64,000 nucleotides of DNA from Deltaproteobacteria bacterium ADurb.Bin151 (GTDB lineage Bacteria > Desulfobacterota > Syntrophia > Syntrophales > Smithellaceae). The notes under the pieces are model-generated. The model made no database searches and had not been told where the DNA came from. It saw nothing but the letters and a program-made list of their open reading frames with translations. The position numbers and the translations under genes are program-made. Where the stretch lies: NCBI GenBank assembly GCA_002070455.1, contig MWDG01000002.1:7062-71061 (forward strand). Reading direction: 5' to 3'. Shown here one piece after another: positions 35,873 to 44,909 of the stretch. Numbering within the stretch: position 1 is the first letter of the stretch; each line of letters opens with the position of its first letter.

Positions 35873-38035
35873 ATGGTCATTTCACTGATTGCCATCGGCC
35901 TGATTTCGATCCTGGGTCAGGTTGTCCTGATCCGGGAATTGAATGTTGCCTTCTATGGCGTCGAACTGATTTATCTCCTTGCTCTGGGAATATGGTTGTT
36001 ATGGACTGCGGCAGGCGCTGTCATCGGGCGGCGGAATCACTTCCCATCACCGGGCCAAGTCGCAGTGCTTTTCATCCTTTTCGGAATCTCCCTCCCGGTG
36101 GATGTAATGTTCATTCGATCCAGTCGTCTCATCTTTGGCGGAGTGCCCGGTGCCTACCTTCCCATCATTTTGCAATTCACCATCGTGGTCGTTTCCCTGC
36201 TTCCGGCGGGATTGCTGTCCGGTCTGCTGTTTCAGTGGGCGGCAAAGACTTACATGAAGGACGGCAGAACCCTTGCTCTTGCCTACGCAATAGAAAGTGC
36301 GGGCGGATTCATCGGCGGATTCGTGTCCACCCTGCTGATCCTGTGGGGGATTCGTAATTTCTCGGCGGTGCTTGTTTGCTCACTCGTATCCGTTATAACG
36401 CCTCTCTTCCTTCTCAAAGGGGTCAGGGGAGTTCTCGTCCGTTCGTCGGTTATCCTTCTTAGCTGTGTCATTCTGCTGCTCCTGTGGAACACTTCCTTGC
36501 TGGACCGCCGGATGACCATGCTGAATCACCCGAACCTGGTGGAAAGCAGCGATTCTCCTTACGGCAGAATCAGTGTTACGCGGCTACACAACCAGATTCC
36601 CGTTTTTGAAAATGACGCCCTGGCGTTTGAAACGGAAGGAACGGAATCCGAATACTTCTGCCATTTAACGGCGCTTCAGCACCCGAATCCGAAGGATGTG
36701 CTGATCCTCGGCGGCGGAATCGAAGGTCTCGTTCGGGAAATGCTGAAATATACTCCCCGGCGGATTGATTATATTGAACTCAACCCCGTCCTGTTCCAGC
36801 TCACCATCCAACATCTCCCTGATGACATCCGCAATTCTCTCGGCAACCCGAAAGTACGGATTGTCTTCGCCGATCCCCGCCGGTATCTGAAAGAAAGCGG
36901 CTCATACGATCTCATTCTGGTCGGAATGCCCCAACCATCCTCGGGCCAGACCAACCGTTTTTACACGCGGGAATTTTTCGAACAATGCCGTGTAAAACTC
37001 AAACCCGGAGGAATTCTGGGCTTGAGGCTCCACACGGCTGAAAACCTGTGGACCGTTCCGCTTGCACGCCGCAACACAAGCATCTACCGGGCCCTGCAGT
37101 CGGTTTTCCCCGCAACACTGTTTCTGCCGGGAAGCACAAACGTTGTCACCGCCTCCGATGTGCCCCTCCCGGAATCTCCGGAAATCATGTTTCGCCGCCT
37201 TCAAAACAGGCAGCCTTCAACAAGATTGATTTCAAAAAGTTACATCGAATACCTTTTCACCAACGACAGATATTACAAAATCAGGGACTTGCTCCATCAT
37301 GAACATGCACCTGCAAACACCGACATCAGACCCGTCTGTTATCCGTATGCCATCATTATCTGGCTTTCACAGTTTTATCCGCGCATCGCCCTGCTTGATC
37401 CCTTTTTCGTGATCGACCGGGGATTTCTAAAATCTTCATGGGTCTGGTTGTCCGGCATTGGGTTCATCATCTTTTTGCTTGTCATTCGCGTTCAGCCCGC
37501 GCTGAAACGAATCATCCTCGTTGCCGCAGCCGGATTTACAGGCATGGTGCTGGAAACCATCCTACTACTGTATTATCAGGTTACGCACGGGGTGCTTTAT
37601 CAGGATATCGGAATTCTGATGATGAGTTTCATGGCAGGTCTTGCTGCAGGCGCAATGGCAATTCACAAAAAGATGTCGGATAGCATGGAGCACAGGCCAT
37701 TCAAGCGTTTGTATGGTGCGTTCTTGCTTATTGGATTCTGTTTTTTATGCGCTTATACAGGAATCACTTTAACCATGGGCAACTCACTTGGCCTGGCCCC
37801 GATTTCATTTCTTCTGGGAGCATCGGGCTTTGCAGTGGGAGGCATTTTTGCCTATGCTAGTATCCATAAAGTAGAAGACCGGATAAAAGTAATTTCCCCG
37901 CTGTATGCCGCCGACCTGATCGGCGGATGTGTCGGCTGCCTGCTTGGCAGCCTCATTTTCATTCCGCTTGCAGGCATGGATGTAACCGCATGGGGACTGT
38001 TTCTCGTTGCGGCGCTTTTGCTCATTCTGGTTTAG
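35873..38035 (+). CDS. Polytopic membrane protein with central spermidine-synthase-like domain (fused MFS/spermidine synthase type)
   Basis: 720 aa. About 7 TM helices, then a class I methyltransferase/aminopropyltransferase-like core (VLILGGGIEGLVREML...IDYIELNP...DLILVGMP), then about 6 more TM helices. It starts 4 nt after the upstream stop. Confidence 0.75.
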   Translation: MVISLIAIGLISILGQVVLIRELNVAFYGVELIYLLALGIWLLWTAAGAVIGRRNHFPSPGQVAVLFILFGISLPVDVMFIRSSRLIFGGVPGAYLPIILQFTIVVVSLLPAGLLSGLLFQWAAKTYMKDGRTLALAYAIESAGGFIGGFVSTLLILWGIRNFSAVLVCSLVSVITPLFLLKGVRGVLVRSSVILLSCVILLLLWNTSLLDRRMTMLNHPNLVESSDSPYGRISVTRLHNQIPVFENDALAFETEGTESEYFCHLTALQHPNPKDVLILGGGIEGLVREMLKYTPRRIDYIELNPVLFQLTIQHLPDDIRNSLGNPKVRIVFADPRRYLKESGSYDLILVGMPQPSSGQTNRFYTREFFEQCRVKLKPGGILGLRLHTAENLWTVPLARRNTSIYRALQSVFPATLFLPGSTNVVTASDVPLPESPEIMFRRLQNRQPSTRLISKSYIEYLFTNDRYYKIRDLLHHEHAPANTDIRPVCYPYAIIIWLSQFYPRIALLDPFFVIDRGFLKSSWVWLSGIGFIIFLLVIRVQPALKRIILVAAAGFTGMVLETILLLYYQVTHGVLYQDIGILMMSFMAGLAAGAMAIHKKMSDSMEHRPFKRLYGAFLLIGFCFLCAYTGITLTMGNSLGLAPISFLLGASGFAVGGIFAYASIHKVEDRIKVISPLYAADLIGGCVGCLLGSLIFIPLAGMDVTAWGLFLVAALLLILV

Positions 38036-38136
38036 CGCCACTAATCCCTTGTAAGTGCATGAACATCCGCAGCAACAACAATAACTTTTCTTTTCTTGCC
38101 CGGTGCACTTCCAGGACAATTAACTTACTCTTTCAA

Positions 38137-38556
38137 TCAAATCAGGTCATCGCCCTTCGTCGCCATCATAAATCCGGCATGCTTCACGCTCTTAATGGAT
38201 TTCAATTTCCGATAGAGTTCTTCAATTTGCTTTGGTTTACCCCTTGTCACAATAATCTCAAAACAATTGTGATGATCCAGATGAATATGCTGACTGGACA
38301 GAATGCAGGTATGATAATCATGCTGGACATCCAGCACTTTTGTGACCAGGGCCTTTGCATGATGATCATAAACCAGGGTAATGGCGCCGGTCACCTCCCT
38401 GTTATCCGTCCATTCCTTCTTGATAAGCTCTTCCCGGATCATGTCGCGTATCGCTTCGGATCGGTTCGTATACTTTCTTTGCCTGATCAGACGGTCGAAA
38501 CGCGTCAGCAATTCTTCTTCCAGAGAAACACCGAATCGTACCAGTTTGGAGTTCAT
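38137..38556 (-). CDS. nikR: Nickel-responsive transcriptional regulator NikR
   Basis: 139 aa. N-terminal RHH (RFGVSLEEELLTRFD...YTNRSEAIRDMIR) and a C-terminal metal-site His/Cys cluster (HDYH...HIHLDHHNC). Confidence 0.9.
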   Translation of the reverse strand: MNSKLVRFGVSLEEELLTRFDRLIRQRKYTNRSEAIRDMIREELIKKEWTDNREVTGAITLVYDHHAKALVTKVLDVQHDYHTCILSSQHIHLDHHNCFEIIVTRGKPKQIEELYRKLKSIKSVKHAGFMMATKGDDLI

Positions 38557-38581
38557 CGTTCCTATCCCGAGGTAATATATT

Positions 38582-38635
38582 TTGTTGATATATATAAAAA
38601 AATGAATGAATGGGTCAAGGGATATATTTCAACAA
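38582..38635. promoter_or_regulatory. Large imperfect inverted repeat upstream of nikR
   Basis: TTGTTGATATATAT (38582-38595) pairs with GATATATTTCAACAA (38621-38635). The outer arms TTGTTGA and TCAACAA are perfect. It lies 26-79 nt upstream of the nikR ATG. Confidence 0.3.
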
Positions 38636-38707
38636 ATCTTTTTGGTCATTCAGCAACATTATTGATTGACAACCGCGATATTCTATGTCACGAAAAACTA
38701 ATTCGTA

Positions 38708-38744
38708 GCACGATGACCGCCCGTGCATTTCGCAGTGATCGTGC
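38708..38744. promoter_or_regulatory. Candidate NikR-type operator (10-bp inverted repeat with 17-nt spacer) upstream of the TonB receptor gene
   Basis: GCACGATGAC (38708-38717), 17-nt spacer, GTGATCGTGC (38735-38744). 9 of 10 positions are complementary. It ends 38 nt before ATG 38783. The geometry resembles the E. coli NikR site (6-bp half-sites, N16). Confidence 0.35.
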
Positions 38745-38782
38745 CTCATGAGAATAATTCATTTTTCCTGCAAAGGGTCATT

Positions 38783-40738
38783 ATGATGAAGTGTCGGTTC
38801 TGGGGTCCGCTGTGCCTGTTTGCTTTGCTCTTTTTTCAATATCCGGCGTTTACCGCGGATCAAAAGTCTGAAGATCCTGTCCGGATGGAAGAAGTAGTGG
38901 TGGTGGCATCACCGATTATCGAAGGAAACCGGGTGACCCATTCGGGAAATCAGGTCACCATCGTCAGTAAAAAACAAATCGACGATTTAAATGCTCAGGA
39001 TCTGCCTTCGGCGCTCAGGCGCACGCCCGGCATAAACATTTCGCGCCACAATTTCGTAGGAAGCTTCGGCGGCGGCGATGGCGGCGCGATATACATTCGA
39101 GGCATGGGAAGTTCCCGTCCCGGCGCGGAAATCCAAATGCTGGTGGACGGGGTTCCGAAATTTGCCGGCATCTGGACTCACCCCCTGATGGATATCATGA
39201 GCGTGGATATCGCCGATCGAATCGATATAACAAAAGGTGCCCAGCCGGTCCTGTTTGGCAACATGACAGCCGGAGCAGTCAATATCATCACCAAAACGCA
39301 AAAAGAAGACGGCTTCTCAACCAGCATTCGCGGTGCGGCAGGTTCTTACCATACATGGATTGAAAGTATTGAGCATGGCGGAAAAATCAGGAATACGGAC
39401 TATTATCTTCTCCAAAGCTTCAAACAGTCCAGAGGCCACAGGGAAAATGCGGGAGGAGAGCTTCAGAATTACTTTGGACACATCGGCCATCAACTTTCCG
39501 ACAAGTGGAAGATTTCAGTTACAGCCAATGCAACCCATAACTCCGCTGACGATCCGGGGCCGGAGAACCGCCCGCAGGAGAGGCAGGGAACTTTTAAAAC
39601 GGAAGACTATCTGGGCATTGCCACCCTTTCGCATGCCTATGGCATTGTTCAGGGTGACTGGAAGGTATACTGGAATAACGGCATAGCCAGATGGACGGAT
39701 CAGTATGACCTTGCCGATCATTTTTATTACGATACAATTACCAAATTTGACAATTACGGGATTCGGGCGCGTGAAGCCATCCAGCCCTGGACAGGCGGAA
39801 CTTTCACGGTCGGGGCCGACTGGGACTGCACATCCGGAACGGTGACCATCAACAGGGGACTGCTCCGACAGGACAGCTACTTCTCACGTGATACATTCCG
39901 CATTCTGTCTCCCTTTTTTTTACTGGGACACGAATTCAATCTCATCAAGGAATGGAAATTGATTCCCTCGGCGGGCGTTCGTTACTACAACCACAGCGAC
40001 TTCGACGCCCGCTGGGCGCCTCAGGCAGGAATTGTTCTGAAAGATTCTCTTACAGACCTTCATCTGTTTTACGGCCGGGGAGTCAATTATCCTGGGCTTT
40101 ACGTCGTCGCCCAATCCAATATGCTCTGGAGGGGCAATACACGCTGGAAAGACCTAGACCCGGAAACCGTTGATCACCTGGAAGCGGGGATCGGCCGCTT
40201 TTTGGGCCCTAAAACCCGGATCGATCTGACCTGGTTCTACGATAAAGGCAGCAATCGCCTGATTATTATTACCAGCCCGGCTCCGCCTCATTATGAAAAT
40301 ATCGCGAACTTTGAAACGCAGGGACTGGAGGCAACCCTCTCCGTCGAACCGATTCAAAACCTGTCCCTGTTTACTGGAGGCACCTGGCTTTATAAACGCT
40401 CTCCGGACAATCTGCCTTATGCGCCTGAGTGGACTGCTTCAGCCGGCGGCAACCTGCGGCTTTTCCGATATCTGAAAATCAGTCTGGATACCACCTACCA
40501 GAATTCCCAATACGTCGCCAATAACCGTAACCTGAATTATGGAACCAGCATCTCAAAGATTGACGGATTCTGGATTTTAAACGGGAAAATCAGCTGGGAG
40601 TTCAACCTGCCGAAGCCTGCACTGACGGGAGAAGTTTATCTGGCAGGAGAAAATCTGACCAATGTCCATTATGCATACAAGAAAGATTATCCCATGCCCG
40701 GCATTAACTGCCTCCTGGGCGTGAATATCAGGTTTTAA
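38783..40738 (+). CDS. TonB-dependent outer-membrane receptor
   Basis: Signal peptide, TonB-box-like EEVVVVAS, plug-domain motifs (GINISRHNF...IRGMG), and a barrel ending ...GVNIRF. Start taken at ATG 38783 (MMKCRF). Confidence 0.9.
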   Translation: MMKCRFWGPLCLFALLFFQYPAFTADQKSEDPVRMEEVVVVASPIIEGNRVTHSGNQVTIVSKKQIDDLNAQDLPSALRRTPGINISRHNFVGSFGGGDGGAIYIRGMGSSRPGAEIQMLVDGVPKFAGIWTHPLMDIMSVDIADRIDITKGAQPVLFGNMTAGAVNIITKTQKEDGFSTSIRGAAGSYHTWIESIEHGGKIRNTDYYLLQSFKQSRGHRENAGGELQNYFGHIGHQLSDKWKISVTANATHNSADDPGPENRPQERQGTFKTEDYLGIATLSHAYGIVQGDWKVYWNNGIARWTDQYDLADHFYYDTITKFDNYGIRAREAIQPWTGGTFTVGADWDCTSGTVTINRGLLRQDSYFSRDTFRILSPFFLLGHEFNLIKEWKLIPSAGVRYYNHSDFDARWAPQAGIVLKDSLTDLHLFYGRGVNYPGLYVVAQSNMLWRGNTRWKDLDPETVDHLEAGIGRFLGPKTRIDLTWFYDKGSNRLIIITSPAPPHYENIANFETQGLEATLSVEPIQNLSLFTGGTWLYKRSPDNLPYAPEWTASAGGNLRLFRYLKISLDTTYQNSQYVANNRNLNYGTSISKIDGFWILNGKISWEFNLPKPALTGEVYLAGENLTNVHYAYKKDYPMPGINCLLGVNIRF

Positions 40739-40752
40739 ACTATGGAAACGGA

Positions 40753-41379
40753 ATGCCTATGCAGGAAGTGATCTTCGACTCAGCCAGGGAAAAATTCTTC
40801 GATGAATTTTCCAACAGATGGGACCAAAGCGGACCGTCACCCGCAACCGATGTGGTGCTGACCTTTCTGCGGAAACTGCACATTGATTCGGCCAAAACCG
40901 TGCTGGATGTAGGAACAGGGACCGGTTTGCTGATTCCGCACATTTTTTCCTTTCATCCGGCCAGGGTCATCGCCCTGGATTTGTCGGCAGGCATGCTGGA
41001 AAAACTGCGGGAAAAGCATTCCACCCGGTTCGGCGCCGGACTGGTGATTCTGCAGGGTGATGTCCATTTGCTGAATCTGCCCGATACCACCGTGGACGTT
41101 GCCGTTTGCAACGGCGTTTATCCGCATTTCCGCGATAAATCTCTGGCGTTGTCCCAACTGCACCGCGTGCTGAAAAAGCGGGGCGTTCTGGCCGTCAACC
41201 ATTTTGCCGGAAGGGAATTCATCAACAGCATTCACGGATCCTCCTCTCACGATCTGATCCGTCAGGACCTGCTGGATCCCGCAGCGACCTTGTCTGAAAC
41301 CATTGCCGGTTACGGATTCCATGTCAAAGAGCTGCGCGACGACACAAACGAATTTTATGTGATCGCGGAGAAAATATGA
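40753..41379 (+). CDS. Class I SAM-dependent methyltransferase
   Basis: 208 aa. Motif I VLDVGTGTGLL and motif post-I ALDLSAGML, of the Methyltransf_11 type. Overlaps the next gene by 4 nt. Confidence 0.8.
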   Translation: MPMQEVIFDSAREKFFDEFSNRWDQSGPSPATDVVLTFLRKLHIDSAKTVLDVGTGTGLLIPHIFSFHPARVIALDLSAGMLEKLREKHSTRFGAGLVILQGDVHLLNLPDTTVDVAVCNGVYPHFRDKSLALSQLHRVLKKRGVLAVNHFAGREFINSIHGSSSHDLIRQDLLDPAATLSETIAGYGFHVKELRDDTNEFYVIAEKI

Positions 41380-42059
41380 CGCGGGAGGCAGTCGTCGAAA
41401 TTCATGGACTCATTGCCGGTTACGGCCGTCATCAGGTATTAAACAAACTGGATTTAACGGTTCGGCAAGGCGAAGCCCTGGGCATTGCGGGAGATAACGG
41501 AACAGGCAAAACAACCCTGTTCAAGGTCATTCTGGGTTTGATTGCGCCCATGGAGGGTAATGTGCGTTTGCAGGGACAGGAACTGGACACTCCCCGTTTG
41601 CGCAGGCTAATGAGATGCCGGATCGGATATGTGCCACAGTTGTATACACCGGGGAAAATGCCTGTCTCCGTACATGATGCCGTTCTCATGGGAAGATGGA
41701 GCATGGGGTTCGGTTTTTTCAAGAGCCCGACGGTGCAGGACCGTCAGAAAGTAAGCGAGATTCTCCAGGAAGTAGGAATGTCTCACAAGGAATGGCAACC
41801 GGTGCATCTTCTCTCCGGCGGAGAGCAGCAGAAGGTATCTATTGGACGCGCGCTGGTTCGTGAAGCGCCGATCCTGCTTATGGATGAACCCAGCACCTAT
41901 CTGGATCACGCATCACAGGCGGAAATCATCGAACTGATCCGAACCATTCAATTGAAACATCACCTGACACTGATCATGATCAGTCACGATCCGGAGCACC
42001 TGGAGGCAATGAGTGACCGCATTCTTTTATTGAAAAACGGCCGATTGGAAGAACGATAA
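41376..42059 (+). CDS. Metal ABC transporter ATP-binding protein (ZnuC/TroB-like)
   Basis: Walker A GDNGTGKTT, signature LSGGEQQKV, Walker B ILLMDEP. Confidence 0.9.
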   Translation: MTREAVVEIHGLIAGYGRHQVLNKLDLTVRQGEALGIAGDNGTGKTTLFKVILGLIAPMEGNVRLQGQELDTPRLRRLMRCRIGYVPQLYTPGKMPVSVHDAVLMGRWSMGFGFFKSPTVQDRQKVSEILQEVGMSHKEWQPVHLLSGGEQQKVSIGRALVREAPILLMDEPSTYLDHASQAEIIELIRTIQLKHHLTLIMISHDPEHLEAMSDRILLLKNGRLEER

Positions 42060-42881
42060 ATGTCTTTATATGATTTTCTGACCATCCCCCTGTTTCAAAA
42101 GGCCTTGCTTGCCGCCTTTCTTTCCGGCGCAGGGCTCTCTTTGCTGGGTGTGGTTATTTTAAACCTCAACCTGACGACAATCCGCTTCGCCCTTATGCAT
42201 ATTGCTCTGCTCGGCGCTGCGATTGCGATGGTTCTCGGGCTTTCACCCCTGGCGGGCGCCATAGCGGGAATACTCCTGGCATCCCTGCTGCTCGGTCCCG
42301 CAGGCGATTTTTTAAACATGGATACCGGTGTCAGCGGCGTGCTTTTCATGACCGGGTCTCTGGGTCTGGCTTTCCTGATATTTTACAAAGCCGGCGTTCC
42401 GGCAATGGATGCCTTTGCTCTTTTTTCCGGCAGTATCCTCGCCCTGAACACACTGGAGATCTGGGTGATCGGGGGGCTTGCCGTTTTGATCATTCTCATC
42501 TTCTTATTTTTTTACCGTGAAATCCAGATGGTGTTGTTTAATCAGGAAGTAGCCGAAAGCCTGGGCGTTCCGGCCAAACAGATTCGCAACGCACTTTTAT
42601 TGCTGACCGGCCTGGCCATTGGCGTCAATATCCGTATGGTCGGGGTTTTGCTGATTGATGCCGCGGTTCTCCTTCCTGCCATTGCGGCGCTCTCCATTGC
42701 CAAAAGCCTCCGCGGTGCGTTAATGCTTTCCGCCTTTTTCGGCATTGTTTCGCAGGTGGGAGGAGTCGCCTTTTCCATGGCTTATGATTGCCCCAGCGGC
42801 GCCAGCATCACGATTGCCGCGGTGCTGATGGTTTGTCTGGCCGCAATTTACGGCCATATCGTAAAATCTTTCAGGAGATGA
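42060..42881 (+). CDS. Metal ABC transporter permease (ABC-3/ZnuB-like)
   Basis: 273 aa, about 8 TM helices. The start codon abuts the preceding stop codon. Confidence 0.85.
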   Translation: MSLYDFLTIPLFQKALLAAFLSGAGLSLLGVVILNLNLTTIRFALMHIALLGAAIAMVLGLSPLAGAIAGILLASLLLGPAGDFLNMDTGVSGVLFMTGSLGLAFLIFYKAGVPAMDAFALFSGSILALNTLEIWVIGGLAVLIILIFLFFYREIQMVLFNQEVAESLGVPAKQIRNALLLLTGLAIGVNIRMVGVLLIDAAVLLPAIAALSIAKSLRGALMLSAFFGIVSQVGGVAFSMAYDCPSGASITIAAVLMVCLAAIYGHIVKSFRR

Positions 42882-43669
42882 ATCCGTCCATGAACATATT
42901 TAAAAAACCTTTTTTCCCCGTTTTATGCTTTCTTTGGATTGTCTTGTCCGTTTTGCTTTCCGCCGGTGCGACAAAAGCTGATGATAAAGTCATTGTTGTA
43001 GCCTCAACCAGCTGGACGGGCGCCATTGCGGAAGCTGCCGGCGCTGATGAAATCCGCATTCTGGCACCGTTTGAATTGAAGCATCCCCCGGAATATGACT
43101 ATCGGCCGTCGGATATCGCCCGGTTGCGTTTCGCAAGCCTGCTGGTTTACGGCGGCTATGAACCATTTGTTAAAAAACTCGCCGTTGCCGCCGGTTTGTC
43201 CCCGGATAAAATGATGGTTATTGTTACCAGCAACAACCCCGACAATCTGAAAAAACAGGCGAGGCTTTTGGCCGAAAAATTAGGAACTCAAAAAAAGGAA
43301 GCCGTCTGGGAAAAATCTTTCGACAAAGTATTGGCTGATATTCAAAAGCAGGCGCAAAAAAATAATGTCAGGCAAAAAAGAGTTCTGGTGCAGAAATATC
43401 AGGTCCCCTTTGTTAAATGGCTGGGATTTGACATCATCGGCGTTTTTAGCGCGGATGAGTTAAGTCCGAACAAAGTAATGCAATATGCCCGAATGAAACC
43501 CGACATGATCATCGATAATTTTCATAATCCCCAGGGAAAGCCGATTGCTGAAATCACCGGATGTGGTTACGTGGGCTTGATCAATTTCCCTTCGTCCAAT
43601 GCGCGCACCCTGATCGAATTGATGAAGGAAAACGCGGAAAGACTTGGCTTGATGGCTCATCATCCATAA
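42878..43669 (+). CDS. Metal ABC transporter periplasmic substrate-binding protein (cluster A-I/TroA-ZnuA-like)
   Basis: ATGA overlap with the permease stop. Signal peptide, then VIVVASTSWTGAIAEAAG...HPPEYDYRPSDI...LLVYGGYEPF. Start is 42878 or 42890. Confidence 0.78.
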   Translation: MNPSMNIFKKPFFPVLCFLWIVLSVLLSAGATKADDKVIVVASTSWTGAIAEAAGADEIRILAPFELKHPPEYDYRPSDIARLRFASLLVYGGYEPFVKKLAVAAGLSPDKMMVIVTSNNPDNLKKQARLLAEKLGTQKKEAVWEKSFDKVLADIQKQAQKNNVRQKRVLVQKYQVPFVKWLGFDIIGVFSADELSPNKVMQYARMKPDMIIDNFHNPQGKPIAEITGCGYVGLINFPSSNARTLIELMKENAERLGLMAHHP

Positions 43670-43746
43670 ACCGAAGCGATAACCACCATACCGGGAATGT
43701 CCAGAGCAGCAAGGACGGTTTATTCCCCGCCAAATTTTGTTATTCT

Positions 43747-44421
43747 TTATTCGCCTTCCGCCAGTGATTCCAGTGCATGATGATCCAGGATGGTAATGAC
43801 CCGCCCCGAGGTGGAGAGGATGCCGTCATTTGCCATTTTTCTCAGGGTACGGGAAAGCGCTTCGGGGGTCGCCCCCAGAATTTTGGAAAGCTCTCTTTGT
43901 GAAATTGTCAACCTGATAGCGGCACTTTTCGCTTTTGCATCCCCGGCCGGCAATGAATGACGCAGGAAAGAGGCCAGCCTGCCGGGAAGCTCTTTCAGGG
44001 CAAGCGATTCTATCAGGGTCATGGACTCTTTGAGACGCTGCGACAGGATTTGGATGATGTTCAGCAGGAGCGCCGGTTCCTGCATGGCTGTCGCTTCCAT
44101 AACGGTACCGGGGATCAGGAGCACCGTGCTCTCCACAATGGCCATTGCACTGGCCGGAAAGGAGTCCGTGGCAAAAGCCGTGCAAAGGCCGAAAGGATCT
44201 CCCGGACCGAGCAGCTGCAGCGTCTGCTCTTTTCCTTCCGACGAACTTCTGTAGAGCTTTAACTGGCCGGATATGACCACGTAAAATGATTTGATCGGAT
44301 CTTCCTCGCCGAGAACCATTTCGCCGGCTTTGTATTTTTTGAATGTGGCCTGCGCCGTAAGGGTTCGTATTTTTTCCGGAGCAACACCCTGAAAAAGCTT
44401 TATATCCATGATTTGATTCAT
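43747..44421 (-). CDS. Crp/Fnr-family transcriptional regulator
   Basis: 224 aa. cNMP-binding-like barrel and a C-terminal HTH ISQRELSKILGATPEALSRTLRKM with the E--SR recognition motif. No FNR-type N-terminal Cys cluster. Confidence 0.9.
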   Translation of the reverse strand: MNQIMDIKLFQGVAPEKIRTLTAQATFKKYKAGEMVLGEEDPIKSFYVVISGQLKLYRSSSEGKEQTLQLLGPGDPFGLCTAFATDSFPASAMAIVESTVLLIPGTVMEATAMQEPALLLNIIQILSQRLKESMTLIESLALKELPGRLASFLRHSLPAGDAKAKSAAIRLTISQRELSKILGATPEALSRTLRKMANDGILSTSGRVITILDHHALESLAEGE

Positions 44422-44452
44422 GACATCCCTAGAATAAAATTTCCCGTCGAAG

Positions 44453-44494
44453 TTGATTTAGATCAATGAAACACAAATCACCAGCATGTATATT
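44453..44494 (+). promoter_or_regulatory. FNR/CRP-type box plus -10 element (class II geometry) upstream of trxA
   Basis: Perfect TTGAT-TTAG-ATCAA at 44453-44466. TATATT lies at 44489-44494, so the box centre is about 41.5 nt upstream of the expected start site. The box centre is also about 38 nt upstream of the divergent regulator ATG. Confidence 0.6.
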
Positions 44495-44549
44495 TTTACC
44501 ATAGACGAGCCAAAGAAGCTAAACAAAAGATTAAGGAGAATATAAAAAA

Positions 44550-44891
44550 ATGAGTAATTCAGAATATGTAAAACATGCGGACGATGGTAATTTCAATTCA
44601 ATGGTTTTAAAGGCGGAGAAACCTTCCCTGGTGGATTTCTGGGCCCCCTGGTGCGGGCCATGCCGTGCAATAGGTCCGATCCTGGAGGATGTGGCCACCC
44701 AGTATGAAGGAAAGGTGAATGTGGTAAAAGTCAATGTGGATGATAATCCCGCAACGGCATCACGGTATGGCGTAAGAAGCATCCCCACCCTGCTTCTCAT
44801 TCACGGGGGAAAGGTGCAGGAAACGCAGATCGGTTTGCTGTCCAAACAGCAGCTGACAACCATGATCGAACGTCATGTCACATCAATGTAA
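44550..44891 (+). CDS. trxA: Thioredoxin
   Basis: 113 aa. WAPWCGPCR active site. AAGGAG upstream. Confidence 0.95.
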   Translation: MSNSEYVKHADDGNFNSMVLKAEKPSLVDFWAPWCGPCRAIGPILEDVATQYEGKVNVVKVNVDDNPATASRYGVRSIPTLLLIHGGKVQETQIGLLSKQQLTTMIERHVTSM

Positions 44892-44909
44892 CTGGAAAGG
44901 ATAAAGGAG

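Noticed and set aside
38557-38782. Possible cobalamin riboswitch upstream of the TonB-dependent receptor
   Set aside because: No B12-box-like sequence (AGYCMGGAGACCKGCC) and no multi-stem architecture are visible. The divergent nikR and the palindromes favour protein-mediated metal regulation.
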